64,000 nt of DNA, taken from NCBI GenBank assembly GCA_963697755.1, contig CAVOPE010000013.1:138676-202675 (forward strand). Direction: 5' to 3'. This stretch comes from an uncultured Gemmatimonadales bacterium (GTDB lineage: Bacteria; Gemmatimonadota; Gemmatimonadetes; Gemmatimonadales; GWC2-71-9). The notes beneath the pieces are model-generated. The model was not told the DNA's origin, made no database searches, and saw only the letters and a program-made list of their open reading frames with translations. Shown here one piece after another: positions 9,762-18,988 of this stretch; the stretch's first letter is position 1, and the number at the start of each line of letters is the position of its first letter. Position numbers and translations under genes: made by a program.

Positions 9762-10514
9762 CTACTCGCTCTCTTTGACGATCCTGCCGTTCACCGCCTG
9801 AATGGGCCGAGCGTTATTGGGGTAGATCGCGGTGAAAGTGTGCAGCTCCGAGGGCGAGATCCCCACCGGATCGCTCAGGACCAGCCACCGGACCCCTTCC
9901 GTACAGGGCGGGGTGGTCAGCGAGCCCTCGAACGCATAGTAACCTGTGTGTTTCGGCAGAAGGTCGGCGACGCTCACCTGCACATTGGCGACGATCCGCT
10001 CGTGTCCGACCTGTTTCGACAGATGATCCCACAAGGTCTGGATCAGTGGATTGGCCGGACCCTGCTGCAGCAACACAGCCACGACGGCCAGATGCCCCGC
10101 CGGGTCCTTGTGCACGAGATGCGCCACCATGTCGTACGCGTGCCCTTCGATCTGCTCTTCGCTCGGATGATGGAAGTGGAATTGGACGAGCTGGTACTTG
10201 TGCTTGTCCAGAGTGATAAAGCTGCCCGGTGCGTAGTCGACTTGAATCGTGTGGCCGTTGTTGATGAGCTTGAGCGGGACCGGACGATAGTCGAAGCTGA
10301 GCTTCGGCAGATTGGCGCGTTCGGGATTGCGAATGTCGATAGGAGACTGATGTGTACCGGTCTTGCAGGCCGAGTACGCCGGCTCGAGATCGCCCCAGCG
10401 TTGAGGCCCGGAGCTTCCCTCGTAACTCCAGTGTGCGGCTGACCGAGCGTGCTCCTGGCCGTACAGCAGCACCGGCACCAGACCCACCAGCGCTAAGGTC
10501 AAGAAGTGTTTCAT
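9762..10514 (-). CDS. Alpha-class carbonic anhydrase, secreted
   Basis: HWSYEG...QSPIDI, QFHFHHPSEE and VAHLVH zinc-ligand histidines, plus SLTTPPCTEGV. ATG at 10514 follows GGAGG. Signal peptide is MKHFLTLALVGLVPVLLYG. Confidence 0.9.
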   Translation of the reverse strand: MKHFLTLALVGLVPVLLYGQEHARSAAHWSYEGSSGPQRWGDLEPAYSACKTGTHQSPIDIRNPERANLPKLSFDYRPVPLKLINNGHTIQVDYAPGSFITLDKHKYQLVQFHFHHPSEEQIEGHAYDMVAHLVHKDPAGHLAVVAVLLQQGPANPLIQTLWDHLSKQVGHERIVANVQVSVADLLPKHTGYYAFEGSLTTPPCTEGVRWLVLSDPVGISPSELHTFTAIYPNNARPIQAVNGRIVKESE

Positions 10515-10733
10515 GAGCGCCTCCACCGAGATGTGCTCCCAAGCTACCTGGATGGTATACGGTCCGCTTGAATATCCCCAAGCCGGAGCTCGGTCCTGGG
10601 TGGGCAGTCCGGCACAACCAACGTGAGGGTCCGGCGTGCCTTACGGCCGAGAGGCATAGACTTTAGTGCAGTGGCCTGCGGTTCTGGGCCTGCCATTTTT
10701 GTCCACCACCTTCAATCGGGGTAGGGAGGACCT

Positions 10734-11399
10734 GTGAAGCACGCACTGGCCTATGGTCCGATCTTCCTCGGTCTCACCGCACTCTCGGCCCTAGGAGCGG
10801 CCTGCTATCCCGGCGAGCCGACCAGCGTTGCGGAGCTGGACGTCGTTGCGACGACCCATGAGGACTCGGTCGACTTCGGTACCATTCAGACCTTCGTCAT
10901 GCCGGACTCGGTAGTCGCAATCGTACCGCCAGAGAGCGTCGCCACCGCCCTTCCCTTCAACCACGCCTATGATCAGCTAATACTCGACGGGGTAGCGTCG
11001 CACCTGGCCGCTATCGGTTACACCCGGCTTCCGACTTTCGACGCCAACAATCCGCCCGACGTGGTGGTGCTGGTCAAGGGGATCGCCGTAAGAAATACGG
11101 ACGTCTACGTGACGTACCCGTGGTGGGGGTACTGGGGATGGTACGGCTGGCCATGCTGCTACGGCCCCGGTTGGGGTGTCGGGTATCCGGTTGTTACCGC
11201 GACCCAGTACGATGTGGGAACGATCGTGATCGACATGTGGGACATACGGCGCTCGGATCCGGTAGGCATGCAGATACCTGCCATTTGGGTGGCGGCGCTC
11301 CGCGGACTGCTCGAAGGCTCATCGGCTGACGCACCGTCCCGCATCGACCAGGCGGTCGACCGCGCCTTCTCCCAGTCACCCTACTTGGGCAGGCCCTAG
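10734..11399 (+). CDS. DUF4136-like lipoprotein
   Basis: GTG start after GGGAGGA. LSALGAAC is a lipobox. The Trp/Gly/Tyr-rich insert and overall layout resemble DUF4136. Confidence 0.65.
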   Translation: MKHALAYGPIFLGLTALSALGAACYPGEPTSVAELDVVATTHEDSVDFGTIQTFVMPDSVVAIVPPESVATALPFNHAYDQLILDGVASHLAAIGYTRLPTFDANNPPDVVVLVKGIAVRNTDVYVTYPWWGYWGWYGWPCCYGPGWGVGYPVVTATQYDVGTIVIDMWDIRRSDPVGMQIPAIWVAALRGLLEGSSADAPSRIDQAVDRAFSQSPYLGRP

Positions 11400-11412
11400 A
11401 GGAGCAGGCACC

Positions 11413-12015
11413 ATGCAAGGGATCCGAGGGCTCATGGCGTTTGTCTTGCTGTTCGCGGCACTCGATGTCGGCTCCGCAGAGGCGCAGACGTGGTGGGCGC
11501 TGACGTATCAGCCAGCTGTGCCCTTGTCCAACACCAAGGATTTTACGGACAACGTCGCGTGGCGCGGCATCGGTGTGGATTTCAAGCGACAGGTAAAGCC
11601 GAACCTGACGGTGGGCCTCAGCGCCGGTTGGCAGGTCTTCGACCAGCAGACCGACGAGGTCGTCTCCGCCTTCGGGGTCGATCTCAGCGGGGATCAGTTC
11701 CGCTATGTGAATTCGTGGCCGATCCTGGCAAACGCGTCGTACTTCTTCGGCACCGAGGGCCACGCTCGACCTTACCTTGCCGCCAATGTCGGCACGTACA
11801 TCATGACGCACCGTCTGGAGGTCGGTCTCTACGCGATCGAGGAGACCAACTGGCATTTCGGGTTCGCGCCTGAAGCCGGCATTGCTATTCCTGTCAGGCC
11901 GAACGTGGCCGCGGTGCTGAATAGTCGCTACAACTACGCGCTTGCTGCCGGCAGTGTCGACGACCAATCCTACGTGACCTTCTCCCTGGGACTCGCGTGG
12001 AGCCACGGATATTGA
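11413..12015 (+). CDS. Small outer-membrane beta-barrel protein (OmpW/OmpA-barrel-like)
   Basis: Signal peptide MAFVLLFAALDVGSAEAQ, alternating strands, and C-terminal ...GLAWSHGY. Confidence 0.7.
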   Translation: MQGIRGLMAFVLLFAALDVGSAEAQTWWALTYQPAVPLSNTKDFTDNVAWRGIGVDFKRQVKPNLTVGLSAGWQVFDQQTDEVVSAFGVDLSGDQFRYVNSWPILANASYFFGTEGHARPYLAANVGTYIMTHRLEVGLYAIEETNWHFGFAPEAGIAIPVRPNVAAVLNSRYNYALAAGSVDDQSYVTFSLGLAWSHGY

Positions 12016-12289
12016 CGTTCACATGGCCTGCACGGGGAGCGGGCGCCGGATGTGCGTGCCCTAGCTGAACCGGCCGCTAAGCCCCCGCCGTCTGTCGTTC
12101 GGCCCCTTCCCCCGCCTCACAGACAATTCGCAGATCAACGACCGACACCTCCTTTCAATCCCGCGTCGGCCCAGAAGGTCCTGCGCGAGACGCGGGCATG
12201 CGTCGCTCGTCCTCGGTTGCAGGCGCAAGGACGCTGCTGGCCGGGTGGGCGTGGGGACGGTCGGGTGGGACCAAGCATTCGGGGCCACT

Positions 12290-12614
12290 CTCCCTGAGCT
12301 TGTACGCTGTCACCGGCGTCTCAGACCGGCACGTTGCGCCACTCGGCGGCTGCGACCGGGCTCAACGGGCTGCTCTATGTGATGGGTGGCCACAGCGGGA
12401 ATGGACCCGTGGTCTGGGCGGAGGTGTACAACCCTGCCACCCGCGCGTGGCGGATACTGCCCGACATGCCGACGGGGGGCGGGTCGCCCGGGGCCGGGGC
12501 CATCAATGGGAAGGTCTACGTCGCTGGAGGGCAGGGCGACATTACCCTGACCACGAACCGGGCTTCTGTCCGGGGGCCGACACGGCCTTCGCCAAGGCGG
12601 GGGTGAACACCTGA
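12290..12614 (+). pseudogene. Kelch-repeat protein remnant
   Basis: GLLYVMGGHSGNGPVVWAEVYNPATRAWRILPDMP...GAINGKVYVAGG (ORF 12334..12606) are Kelch blades. Neighbouring blade-like pieces (LYAVTG..., ...ADTAFAKAG) lie in another frame. There is no N-terminus or signal peptide. Confidence 0.35.
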
Positions 12615-12745
12615 GTGATCTTTGACCGGCCCCGCAAGCGTGCCTGGGCCCCTGGCGCTTCAGCAAGACAACGTCACATTGACAGGACGTAGGCACGTGG
12701 GTCATCAAGGGCTGATTCGCCGTGGGACCGGCACCGGCAGGAGTG

Positions 12746-13558
12746 ATGGATCCTCTCTCAACCTTTCGTGAGCGCTTCGGCGGGCCTCGGGCGCTCGTCG
12801 GGATGCTGCACGTCGGCGCTCTTCCAGGAACGCCGGCGGCGTGTCATTCCATCGACAGGCTGATCGAACATACGGTCGCCGAAGCACGGATCTATCGTGA
12901 CGCGGGGTTCACCGCGCTGGCCCTCGAGAACATGCACGACCGCCCATACCTGAAGAGCGGCGTCGGCCCGGAGATCACCGCCGCCATGACTGCGCTGGCG
13001 CGCGAAGTCAAACGCGAGACCGGCCTGGTGCTCGGCATTCAGGTGCTGGCCGCCGCGAATCGCGAGGCCCTGGCCATTGCCCTCGCTTGCGGCGCGGAGT
13101 TCGTCCGCGTGGAGGGTTTCGTCTTTGCGCACGTGGCCGACGAGGGTGTCATCGAGTCGTGCGCGGGTGAGGTGCTGCGCTACCGCCGCGCGATCGGCGC
13201 CGATCGCGTGTTGGTGTTTGCCGACATCAAGAAGAAGCACAGCGCGCACGCCATTACCAGCGATGTGTCGCTGGTCGAGACAGCCAGGGCCGCCGAGCTC
13301 TTTCTCGCGGACGGCGTCATTGTGACAGGTCCGGCGAGCGGCGAAGAGGCCTCGCCCGATGACGTGCGCGACACCGTGCGAGCCGTGCGCCTTCCGGTGA
13401 TGGTTGGTTCGGGCGTCTCGGTCCAAAACCTGGCGCGCCTGGCCGACGCGCACGGATTCATCGTGGGGTCGTCGCTGAAGCGGGAAGGGATCTGGAGCAA
13501 TCCTTTGGATCGCGCGGCGGTGGAGTCGATGGCCCGCGCTTTCGCTCGGTTGACGTAG
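12746..13558 (+). CDS. BtpA/SgcQ family TIM-barrel protein
   Basis: LVGMLHVGALPGTP...ALENMHD...GAEFVRVEGF...VFADIKKKHSAH...GVIVTG...VMVGSGV matches the BtpA family pattern. The start could be GTG 12722. Confidence 0.8.
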   Translation: MDPLSTFRERFGGPRALVGMLHVGALPGTPAACHSIDRLIEHTVAEARIYRDAGFTALALENMHDRPYLKSGVGPEITAAMTALAREVKRETGLVLGIQVLAAANREALAIALACGAEFVRVEGFVFAHVADEGVIESCAGEVLRYRRAIGADRVLVFADIKKKHSAHAITSDVSLVETARAAELFLADGVIVTGPASGEEASPDDVRDTVRAVRLPVMVGSGVSVQNLARLADAHGFIVGSSLKREGIWSNPLDRAAVESMARAFARLT

Positions 13559-13578
13559 AGGCCGTTACGCCCTCCCTC

Positions 13579-14478
13579 GTGCTTCTCGGGAATCTTCTCG
13601 TCGACGACCTTGTGTTTCCCGACGGTAGCACGCGGATGGGTCAACCTGGCGGCGCCATCATGTACGGGGCTTTGGGCGCGGCGCTATGGGGGACGCGCGT
13701 GGGGTGTGTCAGCCTGGTCGGCACGGACTACCCCGTCACCATGCTGGCCGCACTGGAACAGCGCCGAGTCGACCTGACCGGCATACATCGGCTCGGCGGA
13801 CCCGGCGTGCGCACCTGGCTCCTCTACGAGGGCCACGTGCGACGCTTGATCCATCGCCTCGGTTGCCCGACGCACGAGCAAGTGTCGCCGGGACCCGAGC
13901 ACATCCCACACACCTGGCACTCGGCGCCCGCATTCCACCTCGCCCCGATGCCGTTGGCGGTGCAGTGCCGAGTGCTGGCGTCTCTGACGATCAAACCGAA
14001 TCGATTCGTGTCGATCGACCCGCATCTGCCGATTACCGAGGAGACGCTCGACGACTGGCGGCGAGCCCTGGCCGACGCCGACGCGTTCTTCCCGAGCGAG
14101 GACGAGTTGCTGCTCGAAGGCGCTGACGTCGACCCCGAGCGCGCTCTGCCCCGACTGGCAGCCGGTCGCCTCAGGTTCATCGTGTTCAAGCAGGCGGCGA
14201 GAGGCGGCATTCTCTACGACGCCCGCGAAGACTGCTTCCATCGCTGGCGCGGCCGAGCGTCGAAGGTCACCGATCCCACTGGCGCCGGCGATGCCTTTGC
14301 GGCCGGCTTTATCTCCGCGCACCTCGAGGGGCTTCCCGTAGACGCCTGCCTCGACCGAGGCGTCGTCAGTGCGAGCTTTGCCATCGAGGCTCTGGGAGCG
14401 GCCTCGTTGCTCGAGGCGACGCGGACCGATGCCGATGCGCGGATCCGCCGGTTTTCCGCCGCGGGGGCGGGAGCGTGA
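13579..14478 (+). CDS. PfkB-family carbohydrate/nucleoside kinase (pseudouridine-kinase-like by context)
   Basis: Ribokinase-like fold with the C-terminal DPTGAGDAFAAGF motif. The stop overlaps the psuG start (GTGA). Confidence 0.85.
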   Translation: MLLGNLLVDDLVFPDGSTRMGQPGGAIMYGALGAALWGTRVGCVSLVGTDYPVTMLAALEQRRVDLTGIHRLGGPGVRTWLLYEGHVRRLIHRLGCPTHEQVSPGPEHIPHTWHSAPAFHLAPMPLAVQCRVLASLTIKPNRFVSIDPHLPITEETLDDWRRALADADAFFPSEDELLLEGADVDPERALPRLAAGRLRFIVFKQAARGGILYDAREDCFHRWRGRASKVTDPTGAGDAFAAGFISAHLEGLPVDACLDRGVVSASFAIEALGAASLLEATRTDADARIRRFSAAGAGA

Positions 14479-15074
14479 GGGCCCTGTACGTCTGCGCCGA
14501 CGAGATCGCCGATGCCATCGCCGGAGGTCGCCCTGTCGTCGCGCTCGAAACCACGGTGGTCACGCACGGGTTGCCACATCCCGACGGGGTCGGCGCCACA
14601 GGTGCGCTCGAACATGAAATCGGCAAGGCGGCGCCATCCCCGCCACGGTCGGAATTCTGAGGGGGGCCATCCGTCTTGGACTCACCCATGCCGAACTGAA
14701 CGAGCTCGCGACGGCTTCCGACATCGTCAAGGTCAACCTCAGTAACCTGGCCGCCACCGTCGCGGCTGGCCGGCCCGGCGCGACCACCGTTGCTGCCTCC
14801 ATGTTTGCCGCGCACGCCAAGGGAATCAGAGTCTTTGTGACAGGCGGTATCGGCGGTGTTCATCGCGATGCCGGCACCAGCGGTGACGTCGGCGGATTTG
14901 ATGGCCCTGTCGCGCATTCCTATTCGCCGTCGTGTGCGCGGCGCCGAGGCGATCCTGGAGGATCGTCTCAGGGCACTGAGCGAGGGTGCGAGCGTCCGGG
15001 CAAATCTCGCCCTGCTGACGAATAACACTCGGGTCGCGGCGCAACTCGCCAGGGCTCTCGCGCCGTCGGGCTGA
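14475..15074 (+). pseudogene. psuG: Pseudouridine-5'-phosphate glycosidase, decayed (about 4 frameshifts plus ~100-codon internal deletion)
   Basis: VVALETTVVTHGLPHP, GAIPATVGILRGAIRLGL, FVTGGIGGVHRD, SADLMALSRIP and ANLALLTNNTRVAAQLA are PsuG-like blocks. They are spread over three frames (ORFs 14475..14660, 14801..15025, 14856..15074). The total span is only ~200 codons against ~300 expected. Confidence 0.75.
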
Positions 15075-15394
15075 AGCTCGGCCTCCGAGACGAGCTCGTC
15101 GGCATTTGACCTTTCCCTCAATCGAATCTCGGTCAGGCTTCACAAATCGAGGACGACGTCGCGACTCGGTTGTACCGCCCCCGAAACCAGGCCGCTCTCA
15201 CAGCTGTGACAAAACGCCGGTCCGGCACGACCAACGGACCGGGACGTCGCACGCCGTGGACCCGGCCTTTTCGTGTCCGCGGCCGGTGCTCCCGTCTCTG
15301 CTAGCCCTGCTCCAACACCCCGCCACAGTCGCCTGGCGAGTTTTGCCGGAGATTCTATCACCCGCAGCATGGTCGATGGCGCGCGCAAGGGACG

Positions 15395-16345
15395 TCAAGC
15401 GCGGGCTCGTAGGGGGAAGCCGTACCGGAGCAGGAGCGGCCAAGTGAGCGCCGTGACGATCCGCCGGGGGCCCGTCTCGAGACGGCTGCGCCATTCGAGG
15501 TCCGCCTCGATGGCGACATCGCCGCGCCGGAATCGAACGGGATTGCCGGCTACGGTGTGATTCGGACCTAAGTGCAGTGCGCGCTGCTGCAGGAAGCCGA
15601 GATCCGCCTCGATCCCGAGCGCCGCCAGAGCGGCGCCCAGGGAACGACACGGGTCGCTCGTTAGGTCATCGAATCGTAGCCTCACGGATCGCTGTGATGC
15701 CCGCCGGAGCAGCTCGAGAGCCAGGTTCTCGAGCTCCCAGAAGACGGCGCTTCGCCAGGGCCGCTTCACCGGCATGTAGCGCGTCTCCGTGGTGACCTCC
15801 GGCATCAGTTTGCGACCCCGCCAGGAGTAGGCAACCGCCCGGCTATCCCGGACGAGGTGGAGCACCAGCAGCTCCAGGTGAGGAACCCCGGCCAGGAGCA
15901 GGCCGTAGGCCGCGTACTTCGAGGAGTCCACTACCTTCGCGGCCCCGGAGACCGTCGCCACGGCTCGGTACACCCGGGCGAGCACCTTCCGGAACGCGCG
16001 CAGGTCCGCCTCCAGTGCCGGATGGCGCCACGGAGCGAACAACACAGGGACGAGAGCCAGCCGATCCACTCTCTGCCAGAGCGAGAGCACCTCCCCCATG
16101 TCCACCTGACCGACGCCCCCGAAAGCTTCTTCCAGGACTGCGCCCCAGAAGGGGCATTCCGGCACCGGGTGCCCGCATCCGCAGAGCTGGCGCTCGGCAA
16201 GGCCGCGTTCCCAGAGATAGCGCAGCTCCCCGACGGAGACGAACCCGGGAATCTGCCCGAGGGCGAGGTCCAGGAGGGTGCTACCGCTGCGGCCCCAGCT
16301 GCCGACATAGAGCACCTGCGGCGTGCTTGGGTGCGAGGAAGTCAC
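15395..16345 (-). CDS. Sulfotransferase family protein
   Basis: GTG at 16345 overlaps the upstream gene's stop (GTGA). The PAPS-binding-like loop YVGSWGRSGSTLL and LVRDSRAVAYS are present. The upstream part of listed ORF 15395..16633 is overlap with the GT gene. Confidence 0.8.
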   Translation of the reverse strand: MTSSHPSTPQVLYVGSWGRSGSTLLDLALGQIPGFVSVGELRYLWERGLAERQLCGCGHPVPECPFWGAVLEEAFGGVGQVDMGEVLSLWQRVDRLALVPVLFAPWRHPALEADLRAFRKVLARVYRAVATVSGAAKVVDSSKYAAYGLLLAGVPHLELLVLHLVRDSRAVAYSWRGRKLMPEVTTETRYMPVKRPWRSAVFWELENLALELLRRASQRSVRLRFDDLTSDPCRSLGAALAALGIEADLGFLQQRALHLGPNHTVAGNPVRFRRGDVAIEADLEWRSRLETGPRRIVTALTWPLLLRYGFPLRARA

Positions 16346-17479
16346 CGGCGCCTGTCCACCAGCTCCTCGTAGAGCTCCTGGAGCTCTTCGACCGTGCGCC
16401 GCACGTCGAAGCGGCGGCTGTCGGTCCCCGCCCGCGCAGCAAGCTCGGCGGCAAGCGTCGGTCGCTGCAGCAACTCGAGCACACCCGTGGCGAGCCCGAC
16501 CACATCGCAGGGAGAAACCAGCAGCGCGTTCTCGCCGTGGCGCAGCACCTCGCCGAGCCCGTCCACCGTGGTGGAGACGATGGGTCGGCGCATGGCCATG
16601 GCTTCGAACACCGTGAGAGGCGTGCCTTCCCACAGGGACGCGAAGACCTGCACGTCGAGAACGGATTGCACCAGGGGAACGTCCTCACAAAACCCGGCGA
16701 ACACCGTTCGGTCGGCGATACCGAGGGCGTGGGCCTCCGTTTCGTACTGTGCCAGGAGAGGTCCGTCGCCCGCGATCACGAATCGCACGTCCGGCCGGTG
16801 CCGGAGCACCAGAGCCGCTGCCCTGAGGAAATAGGTGATGCCCTTTTGCGCGTCGAGCCGCCCGACCGTGCCGACGACAGGCTCGCCCGGGCGCAGTCCC
16901 AGACGGGCGCGCTCGGCACACACCCGCTCGGCCGGCGGGAGCCGGAACTCCTCGAGCGGCGCACCGTTGAACAACACTCGGATACGGTCGGGAGGAAGAT
17001 GCCGGCGACTCACCATGAAGGCCTTGGTAGACTCCGAGACCGCGATGCCAAGGTCGGTGCGCCCCGCCAGCAGCCAGTCGACCGATCGCTGGTACGCAGG
17101 TATGCTGGGGAACGTCGCATGCTCGTGCACGATCGTCCGCACGCCGGTCAGCATGCTGACGATCCTGGCGAAGTTGGAGCTCGGCGTAGCCGTGCGCGTG
17201 GAGGACATGAGGGCGGTCCCGCCGCACCAGGCGCAGTAGGTCCGTTGCAACGGCCGGACTGAACGGGCCCCGACCGAGGCAGATCGGATCCAGGCCGCGA
17301 CGCCTGAGGTACTCCGACGCCTCGTCGTGGGCTCGGAGGCCCACTAGACGGACCTCGAAGCGGGCGTCGAATCGGGGCAGCCACCAGGTGAACAGCCGGG
17401 ACACTCCGTGCGTCAGGGCGCCCCGGATACCGAACTTGTCGCAGAGGTGAAAGACCCGGATTCTCTCGGAGGCGGTCAC
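16342..17479 (-). CDS. Glycosyltransferase family 4/1 (GT-B), one frameshift near 17175-17190
   Basis: The N-terminal half (IRVFHLCDKFG...VLHAHGYA) is in ORF 16685..17542. The C-terminal half (GRLDAQKG..., FASLWEGTPLTVFEAMAMRRPIV) is in ORF 16342..17250. The start is assigned tentatively to GTG 17479. Confidence 0.75.
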
Positions 17480-17692
17480 ATCCGGCCCTGGCGATCGCCC
17501 ATGGTTCGAGCCAGCGTGAAGCCGCGTCGGCGCCGCCAACACTGTCGGAGAGGCGCGCGTCGAGAGGTGGCTGGCTCAGGACGAGGCCTGGCGCCTTGCT
17601 CAGTATGTCGCTGGAGGTGTGACATCGCTGTCGCCCGACGGGTGGGGGGTCGCAGTATGATGGAAGGTAGGCCAACTTCGACATCTGGGCGA

Positions 17693-17753
17693 GGATCAGG
17701 AGAGTCTTGGTTCACCACCGGTGGCCTTCGGCTCGGCCCCAGGAGGGGCAATG
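17693..17753 (+). repeat. Intergenic repeat module copy C
   Basis: GGATCAGGAGAGTCTTGGTTCACCACCGGTGGCCTTCGGCTCGGCCCCAGGAGGGGCAATG. Its AGGAGG-N4-ATG opens a 36-codon uORF that ends on the qor start. Confidence 0.6.
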
Positions 17754-17857
17754 AAGGCCGCCAACCGCCTGAGGATCGCGGCGCCCGGTGGGCGATCACC
17801 TATCGGTCTCGCCCTCGAAGGAGGCACTACGGCAAGTCCCTCTACGTGCGAGGCAGG

Positions 17858-18874
17858 GTGAGGGCGATCGTCCTCGACCGGCACGGCGGGCCCGACGTGC
17901 TGCGCGTTCGCACTGTTCCCGACCCGACGCCCGGTCCGGGAGAGGTCCGGGTGCGGGTCGAGGCGATCGGCGTGAACTTCGCCGAGATCCTCTCCCGCAA
18001 GGGGCTGTACGGCTGGGCGCCGCTGATCCCGTACACGCCCGGCATGGAGGCGACAGGCAATATCGAGCTGCTCGGACCCGGCGCCGAGCAACGGGCGATC
18101 GGCGAGCGGGTCATCGTCGGCGCGCAGCACGGGGCGTATGCGGAGAAGATCGTGGTGCCGGCGCGCCAGGCGTTGCCCGCCATCGCCGGCTTTTCGACCG
18201 AGGAGAACGCCGCGATTGCGGTGAACTACCTGACGGCGTGGGTCGCGCTCATGGAGGTGGCACGGCTCCGCCCAACCGACCGAGTCCTCGTCACCGCCGC
18301 TGGCGGGGGCGTCGGCACCGCGGCCGTGCAGATCGCCACCCGCTTCGGCTGTGCCACGGCGGGACTGGCCGGGAGCGACGCCAAGCTCGAGACGATCCGC
18401 GCGCTCGGTGCCGAGTCGGCCGTGAACTACCGCCGCGCCGACTTCGAGGAGCGACTTCGAGCGGCTGCCGGGCGCGACCGCTTCGACGTGGTGCTGGAGC
18501 TGGTTGGCGGCGAGGTCTACCGCGCGGTTTGGCCGGTCCTCGCTCCGTTCGGCCGGGTGGTGGTCGCCGGGTTCGCAAGCCTCAGCCTGCGGTGGTGGAA
18601 CCCGCTCTCCTGGCTCCGCACCTGGCGCGATCTCCCCAGGGCCGACATCCGATCCCTCGCGCCGGCATCGCACGGCCTCATGGCGACGCACATCGGCTAC
18701 CTGCTTGCCGACCCGCCGCGGCTCGCGCGGGTCTGGGAAGACCTGATGGCGTTCGTGGCGACGCACGGAATCCGGCCGGTGGTAGGGAGGACCTTCGCCT
18801 TCGAGGACATGGGGGAGGCCCATCGATTCATGGAGTCGCGGCAGAGCGTCGGGAAGATCGTGGTGCGGGTGTGA
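17858..18874 (+). CDS. NADPH:quinone oxidoreductase / zeta-crystallin-type MDR dehydrogenase
   Basis: VRAIVLDRHGGPDVL..., Rossmann motif VTAAGGGVGTAAVQIA, and ...SRQSVGKIVVRV. The start is GTG 17858 or GTG 17846. Confidence 0.85.
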   Translation: MRAIVLDRHGGPDVLRVRTVPDPTPGPGEVRVRVEAIGVNFAEILSRKGLYGWAPLIPYTPGMEATGNIELLGPGAEQRAIGERVIVGAQHGAYAEKIVVPARQALPAIAGFSTEENAAIAVNYLTAWVALMEVARLRPTDRVLVTAAGGGVGTAAVQIATRFGCATAGLAGSDAKLETIRALGAESAVNYRRADFEERLRAAAGRDRFDVVLELVGGEVYRAVWPVLAPFGRVVVAGFASLSLRWWNPLSWLRTWRDLPRADIRSLAPASHGLMATHIGYLLADPPRLARVWEDLMAFVATHGIRPVVGRTFAFEDMGEAHRFMESRQSVGKIVVRV

Positions 18875-18988
18875 GGCGTAGCGAGCGCTTCACGGCTTCT
18901 TCGGACTCGTCGGCATGATGGGGGAGATCGTCGTTCGAGAGACTGGCTGCGGGATTGCGCCACGGACTGCCGAGCCGCTCGATGAAGC

